Source: Candidatus Collierbacteria bacterium RIFOXYD2_FULL_45_13
GTDB taxonomy: Bacteria; Patescibacteriota; Microgenomatia; UBA1400; MFAQ01
NCBI GenBank assembly: GCA_001774685.1
Contig: MFAS01000001.1
Location: 607,557-671,556 of the forward strand
Direction: 5' to 3'
Length of the DNA: 64,000 nucleotides
The notes beneath the pieces are model-generated. The model made no database searches. It was not told the origin of the DNA and saw nothing but the letters and a program-made list of their open reading frames with translations. Made by a program: the position numbers and the translations under genes. Below, piece by piece: positions 56,030 to 64,000 of this stretch (the first letter of the stretch is position 1; each line of letters opens with the position of its first letter).

Positions 56030-56386
56030 TTGAATACGGTCTACCCGTGTAAACACTGTAAGCAAGAAGTCGATTCCAACTTCAAGCACTGCCCCGAATG
56101 TGGAGAAGCGCAGGATCATTCCGGCGAAGAACACTTCAATATCTTCAAGAGTTTCCGAGGCGGCGGAGTCTACAACATGACCTATGGCGCCACCATCCTA
56201 ACTTGGGAAGACATCGTAGAGCTTGCGAAAGAGCAGGCTGGTACTGGGTACTTCATTGGCTCGTTCATTCCTGCAAAACAGGGACAAGAGCACCATATCC
56301 AAATCGTCAAGTGGATTCCCGTAGTCAACGGTGAACCTGGACTCGATCAGGGCGCGCAAAACATCGAGATCACCAATCTCGAATAA
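56030..56386 (+). CDS. Hypothetical zinc-ribbon protein (CxxC...CxxC)
   Basis: A GTG start preceded by AAGGAGAG. CKHCKQEV...CPECGE. The ORF-track ATG at 55952 lacks an RBS. Confidence 0.45.
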   Translation: MNTVYPCKHCKQEVDSNFKHCPECGEAQDHSGEEHFNIFKSFRGGGVYNMTYGATILTWEDIVELAKEQAGTGYFIGSFIPAKQGQEHHIQIVKWIPVVNGEPGLDQGAQNIEITNLE

Positions 56387-56440
56387 GCACCCCCAACCAC
56401 AAAGAGGAAATCTCCTTGTGTGAGGGGGATTTTCTTTGGT

Positions 56441-56800
56441 AAAAACTTGCGAGGCTGGTGGGAAAGATCCGTCTTCGGTCGAACTACATTCGCCTCAATA
56501 ACGGCCTCGCCAGCCTCGTTATGAAACTGCTTCCGACTGTTCAAATCCCATATTTGGCAAATAAAAAACTCCACATAAAGGAGAGCTTTTCACTTGCGAG
56601 GCTGACGGGATTCCCCTCAGTAACCCCGCCTCGGCGGAATTCTTCGGGACCTGTCTCGCCAAAACCGTTACGGGTTTGGCTCCGACATTCGAATCCCATA
56701 TTTGGCCATAAAAAAATCCCTCCACAAGGGAAGGATTTTTCATGGCGAGGCTGACGGGATTCGAACCCGTGACCTTCTCCGTGAAGTGGCGATGACAACC
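56441..56800. repeat. Three tandem degenerate copies (~150-bp period) of a tRNA-Asp 3'-end-derived att core (GCGAGGCTG[A/G][C/T]GGGA...), each followed by a conserved ATCCCATATTTGGC...hairpin-T-run module
   Basis: Cores begin at 56449, 56596 and 56745. The third copy (56745-56784) matches the 3' 40 nt of tRNA-Asp (62518-62591) with compensatory T-stem changes. Confidence 0.7.
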
Positions 56801-57005
56801 ATCAATACATGACTAAGTTCAGTATAGACTAAATTTCTAAGAAATAGAGAACCTGCAAGAGCAATCTAGCCTCAAATCAGCCCTCTAAATAGACCTATAA
56901 CTTGACATTTACCCTATATCATGGTATAATTACGCTCATAAGTTGGGAATGTCCTAACTATTCTTTAAAACAAAAATCCATTCTAAACAACCAACGGAGG
57001 TAGTA

Positions 57006-57827
57006 ATGAATTCGCTTGTTCCAGTTAGTGACCCTGATGTCAAATTTGATTTTTCAGATGTTGACTTCGACAAGTCCTTTCCCTCAAAGTCCACTGTCAT
57101 TTTGAGCACTATGTGTGCAAATGTGGCTGTAATGGGCGTGCCAGGACTCAACGCTGTTCGTGTTGTCGCTCGCGGTAACCACTCCACTGAACTCGATATT
57201 CAAACCAGTGGTTCAGAAATGAAGATTTCTGCACCTTTGGACTATGGTCAATCCATGAATACGGGCGGGAATGTTTTCATTTCTGGCTCTGGCATTAATA
57301 CCATCAATGGCGTGCTCTATATGAACGGACGCGCGGTCGATACGAGCAACCCGATGATGATGCTCGTCATGGTTCCCGTCGGCACCTCAATTAAGGTTGG
57401 ACTCGTGCTCGGTGTGAAAGTGGTCATCCGTGGCGTACAAGGTGAACTCGAAGCCAAGCTTCAGGGTGTCACCAACGTTGAGGCAGATTACCTCACTAGC
57501 GCAGACATTCATGTCTCCGGCACGGGAAGCTTCAAATGCCAAACGATTGAAGGAGACAGCCTCACTGTCAAAATCAGTGGCATGGGCAATTCGACAGTCG
57601 AATCGGGCAAAGTCACTACGTTCCAGGCACAAGTTTCTGGTATGGGTGGCATATCCTTTGGTGGCGAAGCCGTCAACGCCGACCTGTCTGTCAGTGGCAT
57701 GGGTTCGATTAACCTCTTTGCCTGCACTGGACAGTTGAAGAAAAAGAAATCTGGAATGGGAAATATCAGCGTATTGAAGGACATGTCTGCCAAATCTGGC
57801 AAATCATCTGGATTCAGCGACTGGTAA
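57006..57827 (+). CDS. Beta-rich repeat protein, putative adhesin-like (DUF2807/DUF4097-type 'GIN' repeats)
   Basis: Repeated SG(M/S)G-x-(I/V) strands (VSGTGSF, ISGMGNS, VSGMGGI, VSGMGSI, SGMGNI). The RBS is GGAGG. Confidence 0.5.
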   Translation: MNSLVPVSDPDVKFDFSDVDFDKSFPSKSTVILSTMCANVAVMGVPGLNAVRVVARGNHSTELDIQTSGSEMKISAPLDYGQSMNTGGNVFISGSGINTINGVLYMNGRAVDTSNPMMMLVMVPVGTSIKVGLVLGVKVVIRGVQGELEAKLQGVTNVEADYLTSADIHVSGTGSFKCQTIEGDSLTVKISGMGNSTVESGKVTTFQAQVSGMGGISFGGEAVNADLSVSGMGSINLFACTGQLKKKKSGMGNISVLKDMSAKSGKSSGFSDW

Positions 57828-57837
57828 GTAGTATCGC

Positions 57838-57892
57838 CTCTCAGCGAGAAAAGGAAAGTCTTCCTTCTCTCGAAGGGAGGCTTTTTTTTGCA
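57838..57892 (+). terminator. Rho-independent terminator (GC-rich compound hairpin followed by T8)
   Basis: GCCTCTC...GGGAGGC followed by TTTTTTTT. Confidence 0.55.
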
Positions 57893-57899
57893 AAAATTA

Positions 57900-58514
57900 T
57901 TAATTCTCAGTGAGATATATACCGTCTAGGGCGTTTTCTGTACAAAGCTTGTGCAACCAAACACGACCATCTTTTTCTTCTATTAACTCGTAATACTCAC
58001 GTCCACGAGTTGGACTGACAAAAGGGTCAATTTCCATAATTCGTTTCAAGGTTTTTCCTCTGAACCTACCAAAATCTTCTTTTGGGTTAAATATCAAGAG
58101 TCGGCTATTAATATCATATTTGGGACTAAGGTCTTCAACTATCTCAGAATTATTGATGGGCACCCTGTTTCCAGTTATCGAGTCGATGACTGCATAAGAT
58201 ATGCAACTTGTACCACAACCCCACGAGACAAATCTAAAGTGCCCAGCAAAGTTCGGCCCCTTAGCGACTTGTTCTGTGACTGTCATTTTGAACCCACTTA
58301 GCCATTCATCTTTAGAGAAAACGACCGCGGACGGTTTGTCGATATATGTGTTTACTGGATGTAGCCCTGTCGCCTTCACAACCTCATCGCAAACAGATTG
58401 AGATATTGATGTCTCTTGTTTTGCCACATCACCAATCCTTTCATTACCTATTGCAAAAAAAAGGCCAACAAGTATTAAAATTACTGCCGAAATAAGTATG
58501 CAAAATTTAGTCAT
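57900..58514 (-). CDS. Hypothetical membrane-anchored protein (204 aa)
   Basis: N-terminal TM helix FCILISAVILILVGLFFAI. Element cargo. Confidence 0.45.
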   Translation of the reverse strand: MTKFCILISAVILILVGLFFAIGNERIGDVAKQETSISQSVCDEVVKATGLHPVNTYIDKPSAVVFSKDEWLSGFKMTVTEQVAKGPNFAGHFRFVSWGCGTSCISYAVIDSITGNRVPINNSEIVEDLSPKYDINSRLLIFNPKEDFGRFRGKTLKRIMEIDPFVSPTRGREYYELIEEKDGRVWLHKLCTENALDGIYLTEN

Positions 58515-58517
58515 TGT

Positions 58518-58739
58518 TTAGTAAGGCAAGTCATCAATCGCCTCCATAACCTGTTGATTTTGATAATCTTCATAACTCTGTGTGTATGGTCTCCTGTAAA
58601 GAATTAGGAAACAGATTGCAAAAATAACTCCTACAACTAGTACTGTGATTTTAATATTTTCGACAATTTCAAACTTTCTCCTAGATTTCTCAGCTTCGGC
58701 AACCCGAAAGGCATGCTCTTCCCACTGCTTTATATTCAT
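58518..58739 (-). CDS. Hypothetical small membrane protein (73 aa)
   Basis: One central TM helix. It is co-oriented with the upstream gene. Confidence 0.4.
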   Translation of the reverse strand: MNIKQWEEHAFRVAEAEKSRRKFEIVENIKITVLVVGVIFAICFLILYRRPYTQSYEDYQNQQVMEAIDDLPY

Positions 58740-58848
58740 CTATCAAAATTCTATTTTGTATCTACAATTTTGTCAAACACAAAACTATGCCTAAATATAG
58801 CGTCTAACGCTCTGTATATGTGACTCGAAAGTCCATAAGGTTGAGAGG

Positions 58849-59058
58849 ATGAGAGAGTACAAAATATCTAGAAATGTTGGTAAAAGAATCAGAGTAATCC
58901 GCCGGAAACAGGCACTTACTCAGGAAGAGTTATCTGGAAGACTAAATATCCATGTCTCAACACTTGGCAGAATAGAGAGGGGTGAAAGTAATCCACCCAT
59001 ACAAACAATAAACCGAATCGCCCAGGCCCTAAAGGTAAAACCAAAGGAACTATTTTAA
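58849..59058 (+). CDS. XRE-family helix-turn-helix transcriptional regulator
   Basis: LTQEELSGRLNIHVSTLGRIERGESNP. Confidence 0.8.
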   Translation: MREYKISRNVGKRIRVIRRKQALTQEELSGRLNIHVSTLGRIERGESNPPIQTINRIAQALKVKPKELF

Positions 59059-59158
59059 ATTTTCCTTATTTGGTCAATACGCACTTTTTACCCATTGATA
59101 CGATTTGATATATTCGGTATACTCAGCGGGTACTTTAATCTAATCCAAGGAGGTCATC

Positions 59159-59932
59159 ATGAGCCAATGGCTAGAAACCCATTGTGGTTGGTGTCATACC
59201 ACCATTGCTTATCTACCAGAATGGTCACATATACCCGAGTACTGCAAATATTGTAATGAGTGGCTGGAAAAAGACTGTCTCAATCCGCACTGTCCTGGCA
59301 GAATAAAATATAAAGTTTACTGGTCAAATATTCACGACTACTGTACCTGCAAAGGCTGGTACGAAATCAAATGTTCCCATTGCTACCAGTACTTTAGTGT
59401 CAACGACCAATGGGACAACAAGCCAGAGTATTGTTCCAGTTGTCGCGAATGGAAAGAAAAAGCTTGTGCTAATCGTCACTGCAATGGCAAAGTCCGATAC
59501 AAAGATTTTTGGGATAACAAACCGGACTACTGCACCTGCAAAGGTTGGTATGAGGTTCGCTGTAGCAACTCAAACTGTCGCAATACTATTTCTGTTCACT
59601 CCTCTTGGTCAAATGTGCCTGAGCACTGCAAGGACTGTAATTCTTGGCATGAAAAGGCATGTGCCACCAGTGGGTGTACCGAAAAAGTTTCTTATAAACC
59701 ATCTTGGAGTAATCCACCCGAGTACTGTGATACCTGTCGAAAGTTGGGTGGTAGTCGTAGAGACCCATGGAATGACCCCAGAAACGTAGTGGAAGGAATC
59801 GGCCCCAATGCAAGTGGAGTTTGGGGTCAAAAAATCATGGGTGGCCCCGATAAGGGGTTACATCGTGGCTATGACCCAGACAAAATTCGTGAATTTGAGG
59901 CTGGAAAAGATTATGAGAGGAGAAAGCGCTGA
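59159..59932 (+). CDS. Cysteine-rich repeat protein (about six tandem ~33-aa W-x-N-x-P-[ED]-Y-C...C...W...K-x-C units); novel putative zinc-binding repeat protein
   Basis: Repeats such as WSHIPEYCKYCNEWLEKDCLNPHC, WDNKPEYCSSCREWKEKACANRHC, WSNVPEHCKDCNSWHEKACATSGC and WSNPPEYCDTCRK. The RBS is AAGGAGG. A strong terminator follows. Confidence 0.6.
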   Translation: MSQWLETHCGWCHTTIAYLPEWSHIPEYCKYCNEWLEKDCLNPHCPGRIKYKVYWSNIHDYCTCKGWYEIKCSHCYQYFSVNDQWDNKPEYCSSCREWKEKACANRHCNGKVRYKDFWDNKPDYCTCKGWYEVRCSNSNCRNTISVHSSWSNVPEHCKDCNSWHEKACATSGCTEKVSYKPSWSNPPEYCDTCRKLGGSRRDPWNDPRNVVEGIGPNASGVWGQKIMGGPDKGLHRGYDPDKIREFEAGKDYERRKR

Positions 59933-59960
59933 GACCCGAAAGGGTCTCTCTTTTTGTTTT
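59931..59960 (+). terminator. Rho-independent terminator (GAGACCC-gaaa-GGGTCTC followed by a T-rich run)
   Basis: A perfect 7-bp stem, GNRA-like loop and T-run. Confidence 0.7.
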
Positions 59961-59972
59961 ATAATACTAGCC

Positions 59973-60362
59973 ATGGATACCAATTATTTTTTGGACAACA
60001 AACTCGACTGCAACAAAGATAATCCTATTTATGTGGGATATTTGGCTGACCTAAAAGACCTATTTTTGGAAGTCCAAAAGCTGACTGAAGACAATAAAAC
60101 AGACGAAGCTAAGGATTTACTAATGGACAGTGAGGGAAAGTTCTCTCCAAATCTATACAATATTTCGGAGGAGATAAACGATATTTTTGTCGGTCAACTT
60201 AAAAATGAGACTATCGAGCTTTATATAAATTTTAGAAAATTTAACGAGGAACTATCCAGCGAAAGAGTTAACGACCTCACGGGGAGAGACCTAAATATAT
60301 CAATCAATAGAATTAAGCTTTTTTTGGCACAGGAATTGAGGCTAATAGATAACCTCAAGTAA
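59973..60362 (+). CDS. Hypothetical protein (129 aa)
   Basis: An ATG just after the terminator. The longer ORF-track start (59808) overlaps the Cys-rich gene and its terminator. Confidence 0.4.
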   Translation: MDTNYFLDNKLDCNKDNPIYVGYLADLKDLFLEVQKLTEDNKTDEAKDLLMDSEGKFSPNLYNISEEINDIFVGQLKNETIELYINFRKFNEELSSERVNDLTGRDLNISINRIKLFLAQELRLIDNLK

Positions 60363-61423
60363 AATCCTAAAAAAAATTATAAAAATATTTTACCTTTCAA
60401 AAGCATGGTGAGACCGAGCTTTTGGTATAGCTGTGGTACTAGCTTAGTGGGTAATTCTGTGCGGGGGGTCGAGTTTTTATAACTCAAACTGCAGGGAATA
60501 TTATGCGGAAAAATAAACACCCAAAATCTATCCCAAATTATAACAGCTTACGCATGAAGCTTATTAATATAAGTCATAATATCTTTGTTATATATCTTTT
60601 GTGCCTAATACTTGACACAAAAGCCACCTTGTACGACGTATGCGGTCATAAACCAATGAGGTGATATCTATATCAAAACATGTCATTTGGTAATTTTCCG
60701 CAAAAGCTCCAAATCTACAAAGGATTATATTTTAATTATCTCCGCTAATCGATTGTTTACTTAGTTACAATCTTTTTGTAGTAGTGTTAAGTTGAGACTT
60801 GCTTACGCAGACCTCCCCTTGAGTCTCGTGTTTTAGGCACGCGACTTGGACTAGAAATTGTACTTAGCAGACACAAGCGGTATTTATTGCCACGCAGCAT
60901 GGTGAAAAATACGAGGTCCAAGTGACAGCGCACTATAGCTAATGTACTGTGACTTAGCGACCCCGACCATGTTCGTAAAGTATTAAGCCGTTCGATTGTA
61001 GTTTAACCGGCTATTTACAGTTCTATATTAAGATTTTCTTCTTTTCTGTAACTTCCTTTACGACCTCCCCAGGACTGAGTTTCCTCCATGCCCTGACTAC
61101 GAATGGTTTATCCTATTGGGTTGTCGAATTTGCTTGTTGCCTTAAAGTTCTAGCTTTTGTGAGAATTAGTTTGTGAAACCAGTGGCACTCACGAGGACGG
61201 TTTTCATTCGACCTCTTTATAGGGAACCTGAGAGTTATTGAGTCTTTCTAAGCTTCCTAGAATGCATGTCGGCATATCTATAAGTCAATAGATAAAACTA
61301 AAACCATTCTGTCAACCCTATCAAAACATATCAGTTTTAAATTTCTCTTAACTTTAAGATAACGATGAATAAAAATGGTAGCCCTGAGGCAGTAGATTAG
61401 CCACAGAAAGCCTTTCAAATAAC

Positions 61424-62425
61424 TTATTTAAGATTGATATGTAAAGCAAGTGAACTGTTTGGGTCAAGCTCACATTTCACAACAAACCGACAATCATTTT
61501 TCATCTCATACTGAACAAAACTAAGTATCCGTTCCAATTTTTCTTTTGGTGATAGTCCTTGCGGAACAATTGTCGTTCCATTGAGAGAAATTGCCAAGTC
61601 ATAAACATTAAGATGGCTGTAAACAGTGTCTAAAATTCTTGTGTCAGTGTGGCGCATTAGTCGTCGTGCTTGACCATAGGGGACACCATCGCGAAGTAAG
61701 GTTGTGGCATAAACATGGCGCAAGCTGTGAACTCTGATTTTCTGTTTTATGTCCAACTTTTTGCAACCCCTAGTCATAGAATTTTGCAACATTTTTTCGC
61801 TTATTCTAAAAATCAAGCCACCCCTGTTAATTCTCGGCCTAAGCATTTTCAACATATCATTTGCGATGGGTAGTTTATCTCTGTGTCCACCTTTTCCAAA
61901 AACCCAAAAGGTTTTTTCTTCAAGATTAAAGTCATCGGCTTTGAGTCCACGAAGCTCAAAGTTTCTCAATCCAGATTTTGAGGCAAAAATTAGGCAATCT
62001 TTCGCCTCTCGTTTTTGTCGTCGTACTGCCTTGTTGTCATTTTTCAGCACCTCACATCCTGCCTCTATTATCATTTGGGCAGTCTCAAAGGGGACAATTT
62101 GTATTTCTTCTCTGTGTAGTTTTGGCAGTTTAACCTTTTGTCCCCAGTTTTCCGAAATACTTCCACCCTCAAAATGCCAAGAAATAAAAGCTCGAACTAC
62201 TTTTGAATCTGAAACCATGGAGCTTGGTTTCCACCCCAAGTCAGTGAGATAGGCAATATAGCCACGAAAAGTCTCTGGTGACAGTTCTGAGTTACCTAGG
62301 AATTTGGAAAGGCGAGTTAGTGTTTCTTTCTTACCCTCAATGGTTCTTTTTGTCATACCAGACTCAATCTCGCAAGAGAGTAGGTAATCAGCCATGGTTT
62401 TCTCGACATTAATACATGACGCCAT
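61424..62425 (-). CDS. int: Tyrosine-type site-specific recombinase/integrase
   Basis: The C-terminal catalytic box HSLRHVYATTLLRDGVPYGQARRLMRHTDTRILDTVYSH (R..H..R..Y), adjacent to tRNA-Asp. Confidence 0.85.
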   Translation of the reverse strand: MASCINVEKTMADYLLSCEIESGMTKRTIEGKKETLTRLSKFLGNSELSPETFRGYIAYLTDLGWKPSSMVSDSKVVRAFISWHFEGGSISENWGQKVKLPKLHREEIQIVPFETAQMIIEAGCEVLKNDNKAVRRQKREAKDCLIFASKSGLRNFELRGLKADDFNLEEKTFWVFGKGGHRDKLPIANDMLKMLRPRINRGGLIFRISEKMLQNSMTRGCKKLDIKQKIRVHSLRHVYATTLLRDGVPYGQARRLMRHTDTRILDTVYSHLNVYDLAISLNGTTIVPQGLSPKEKLERILSFVQYEMKNDCRFVVKCELDPNSSLALHINLK

Positions 62426-62517
62426 TGAGCGTTAATCATGTATCGAGGAGAAAAAATTGCTACCACGACACTAAATTGTTATTTTCTATAAAAAGATTGA
62501 TTTACCAATCTTTTTTG

Positions 62518-62591
62518 CGAGGCTGATGGGATTCGAACCCACGACCTTCTCCGTGACAGGGAGACGCGCTAACCAGCTGCGCTACAGCCCC
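62518..62591 (-). tRNA. tRNA-Asp (anticodon GTC)
   Basis: Reverse complement: GGGGCTG-TA-GCGC-AGCTGGTTA-GCGC-G-TCTCC-CTGTCAC-GGAGA-AGGTC-GTGGG-TTCGAAT-CCCAT-CAGCCTC-G. Confidence 0.85.
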
Positions 62592-62760
62592 AACAGTGTA
62601 TATTTTACGACCTTTGTTCCAATTTCTCCATAGGCACGCACCTTACCCAATATAGCTATTGCATTATGGACTTGATATAATGTCCTAGTTAAATCATCTT
62701 AACCTTTACAGATTGTCTCGCGGTGATGATGGCCACGGGGAAAGTAGAAAGGAGCCAGAA

Positions 62761-63048
62761 ATGGCTGTTCGTTTGTACGTAGGGAACCTACCCTACAATA
62801 TTACTCAAACCAGACTCCAGGAGATCTTTTCTCCCTTCGGTGCTCTAGGTGAGGTAACAGTTATATCAGATAAGTTCTCCGGCAGGAGTAAAGGATTCGG
62901 ATTCGTAGAATTCGAAGACGCTGAAGCTGCTAAGAGTGCTATCGAAAAAATGAATGGTGCTGACCTTGATGGTCGCAACATTATTGTTAATGAAGCCCGC
63001 CCCAAAGAAGACCGTCCCGCTGGTGGGAGATCCTTCGGAGGTCGCTAA
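62761..63048 (+). CDS. RRM-domain RNA-binding protein (glycine-rich C-terminus)
   Basis: RNP2 LYVGNL and RNP1 KGFGFVEF. The RBS is AGGAG. The longer ORF-track start at 62713 is less likely. Confidence 0.8.
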   Translation: MAVRLYVGNLPYNITQTRLQEIFSPFGALGEVTVISDKFSGRSKGFGFVEFEDAEAAKSAIEKMNGADLDGRNIIVNEARPKEDRPAGGRSFGGR

Positions 63049-63087
63049 GTTAGCTCTTAATTCGTAAGAATTACGTATAATGGTCGT

Positions 63088-64000
63088 ATGACCGTTAACC
63101 GAGAAACCGCCCAGCTCCTTGAAAGAGTTGCGGCGGTTTTTCGTGTTAAGGAAGGTGACACTTTCAGAGTCAAAGCCTATTTAAATGCTGCTGCGGTCAT
63201 AGACAGCCTTACAGAGCCGTTGGACGAACTTTGGCGGCAACAGAAGCTCGACACAGTCCCTGGCCTCGGGAAGGCACTGGTAGGATACCTGCAAGAGTAT
63301 TTTTCCAAAGGAAAAGTTCAACATTTTGACTCACAATTAAAAAAGGTCCCCGCGGGTATGTTCGCCCTCATGGATATTCGGGGCGTGGGCCCCATGACGG
63401 CTTACAAACTCGCCAGGAAATTCCATCTATCGGACAAAAAGACCGCCATTCATCGTCTTCAACAGTTGATCAAAGATGACAAGCTTGGAAAAATCGAGAG
63501 TTTCAAAGAAAGATCAATTGAGCGGCTTACCAAGTCTCTGAAAATTCAAACTATCGGCAAGGGTAGGCTTCTTTTATCGGATGCCTTATCGATTGCCGAG
63601 GATTACCTAGAATATTTAAAAAGATCCTCATTGACTATCGAGGCAGAGCCTCTCGGAAGCCTTCGTAGGCGGCTCTCAACGGTTGGAGACATTGATCTGG
63701 CGCTAAATACGAAACACCCCGAAGCATCCATGAAACACGCCTTGTCTTATTCTCAAATAAGTTCGGTCATTACCAAAGGAGATAAAGTCAGCCACGTAAA
63801 GTTAAAAAACGGATTTGAGGTGGACATTAAGATCTCTGAACCTAGAGACTGGGGAAGTTTGCTCCAGCACTATACCGGATCCAAGATGCACAACATTCAT
63901 CTCCGTACTATTGCCAAGGGGAAAAATCTCTCACTGTCTGAGTACGGGATCAAGAAAGGCAAAAAGACCAATCATTTCAAAACCGAAAAAGACTGTTATC
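63088..64000 (+). CDS. Family X DNA polymerase (Pol beta-like), N-terminal part; it continues beyond the window
   Basis: HhH region IRGVGPMTAYKL and the nucleotidyltransferase motif GSLRRRLSTVGDIDLAL. The frame is open to the window end. Confidence 0.7.
   Translation, partial: MTVNRETAQLLERVAAVFRVKEGDTFRVKAYLNAAAVIDSLTEPLDELWRQQKLDTVPGLGKALVGYLQEYFSKGKVQHFDSQLKKVPAGMFALMDIRGVGPMTAYKLARKFHLSDKKTAIHRLQQLIKDDKLGKIESFKERSIERLTKSLKIQTIGKGRLLLSDALSIAEDYLEYLKRSSLTIEAEPLGSLRRRLSTVGDIDLALNTKHPEASMKHALSYSQISSVITKGDKVSHVKLKNGFEVDIKISEPRDWGSLLQHYTGSKMHNIHLRTIAKGKNLSLSEYGIKKGKKTNHFKTEKDCY

Larger units (their letters stand above)
56745..62591. mobile_element. Integrated genetic element (~5.8 kb) in the 3' end of tRNA-Asp, bounded by a direct repeat of the tRNA 3' half; it carries a tyrosine integrase, an XRE regulator and cargo genes
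   Basis: Direct repeats at 56745-56784 and 62518-62557 (minus-strand tRNA 3' end). The int gene lies next to the intact tRNA. There is an XRE HTH gene. Composition and terminators are distinct from the flanking regions. Confidence 0.7.

Noticed and set aside
56441-56800. Possible CRISPR array (repeated ~35-40-nt cores separated by ~110-nt unique sequence)
   Set aside because: The units are degenerate, unequal in length and clearly derived from the tRNA-Asp 3' end. Their spacers share a conserved module. No cas genes are present. This is better explained as stacked att scars.
59808-59972. Extended N-terminus of the hypothetical gene (ORF-track start 59808)
   Set aside because: It would overlap the 3' 125 nt of the Cys-rich gene and read through its GAGACCC-gaaa-GGGTCTC terminator. 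The ATG at 59973 is preferred.
60401-60480. tRNA-like sequence (TAGCTTAGTGGGTAA ... GGGGGTCGAGTTT) in the ORF-free region of the element
   Set aside because: No consistent acceptor, anticodon or T stems could be paired. The resemblance is limited to a D-loop-like motif.
62713-62760. Longer start for the RRM protein (MSRGDDGHGESRKEPEM...)
   Set aside because: The conserved RRM N-terminus begins at MAVRLYVGNL, and AGGAG lies 7 nt upstream of that ATG. The extension has no RBS.

Overview
The window reads as a gene-dense stretch of a small-genome, uncultivated-type bacterium. Genes are short and often overlap, there are many glycosyltransferases, and GC content is roughly mid-40s percent. A CPR/Patescibacteria-like assignment is inference only. 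Order along the window: (1) a compact division cluster ftsW(partial)-murG-ftsQ-ftsA-ftsZ, followed by an unusual charged membrane protein with its own strong promoter; (2) a standalone Clp-D2-like AAA+ ATPase with a DUF4342-like small protein; (3) dinB, an ABC transporter, a cupin protein and a VanW-like protein; (4) ileS with a leader hairpin, a second SEDS protein, rplU-[methyltransferase]-rpmA, parB-like, lepB and tRNA-Val; (5) a ~17 kb surface-glycan locus (21.3-38.3 kb) with GT-C, GT4 and GT2 glycosyltransferases, a flippase, an acyltransferase, two SAM methyltransferases, a B12-binding radical SAM enzyme and a secreted lipase-like protein; (6) tRNA-Gly, a DUF45 metallohydrolase, a Pif1-like helicase, an MFS transporter, a PAP2 phosphatase and a Cas4-like nuclease; (7) a tight three-gene operon of a Zn-ribbon/coiled-coil nuclease (DUF2130-like), an HD hydrolase and a Cas4-like Fe-S nuclease; this is the best candidate for an undescribed nucleic-acid-targeting module; (8) greA, queA, a PLD-like protein, tgt and tRNA-Thr; (9) a ~5.8 kb integrated element at tRNA-Asp, carrying a tyrosine integrase, an XRE regulator, a novel Cys-rich repeat protein, an adhesin-like protein and a 1 kb ORF-free stretch, bounded by tandem degenerate copies of the tRNA-Asp 3' end; (10) an RRM RNA-binding protein and a partial family-X DNA polymerase. 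No CRISPR array and no rRNA genes are present.
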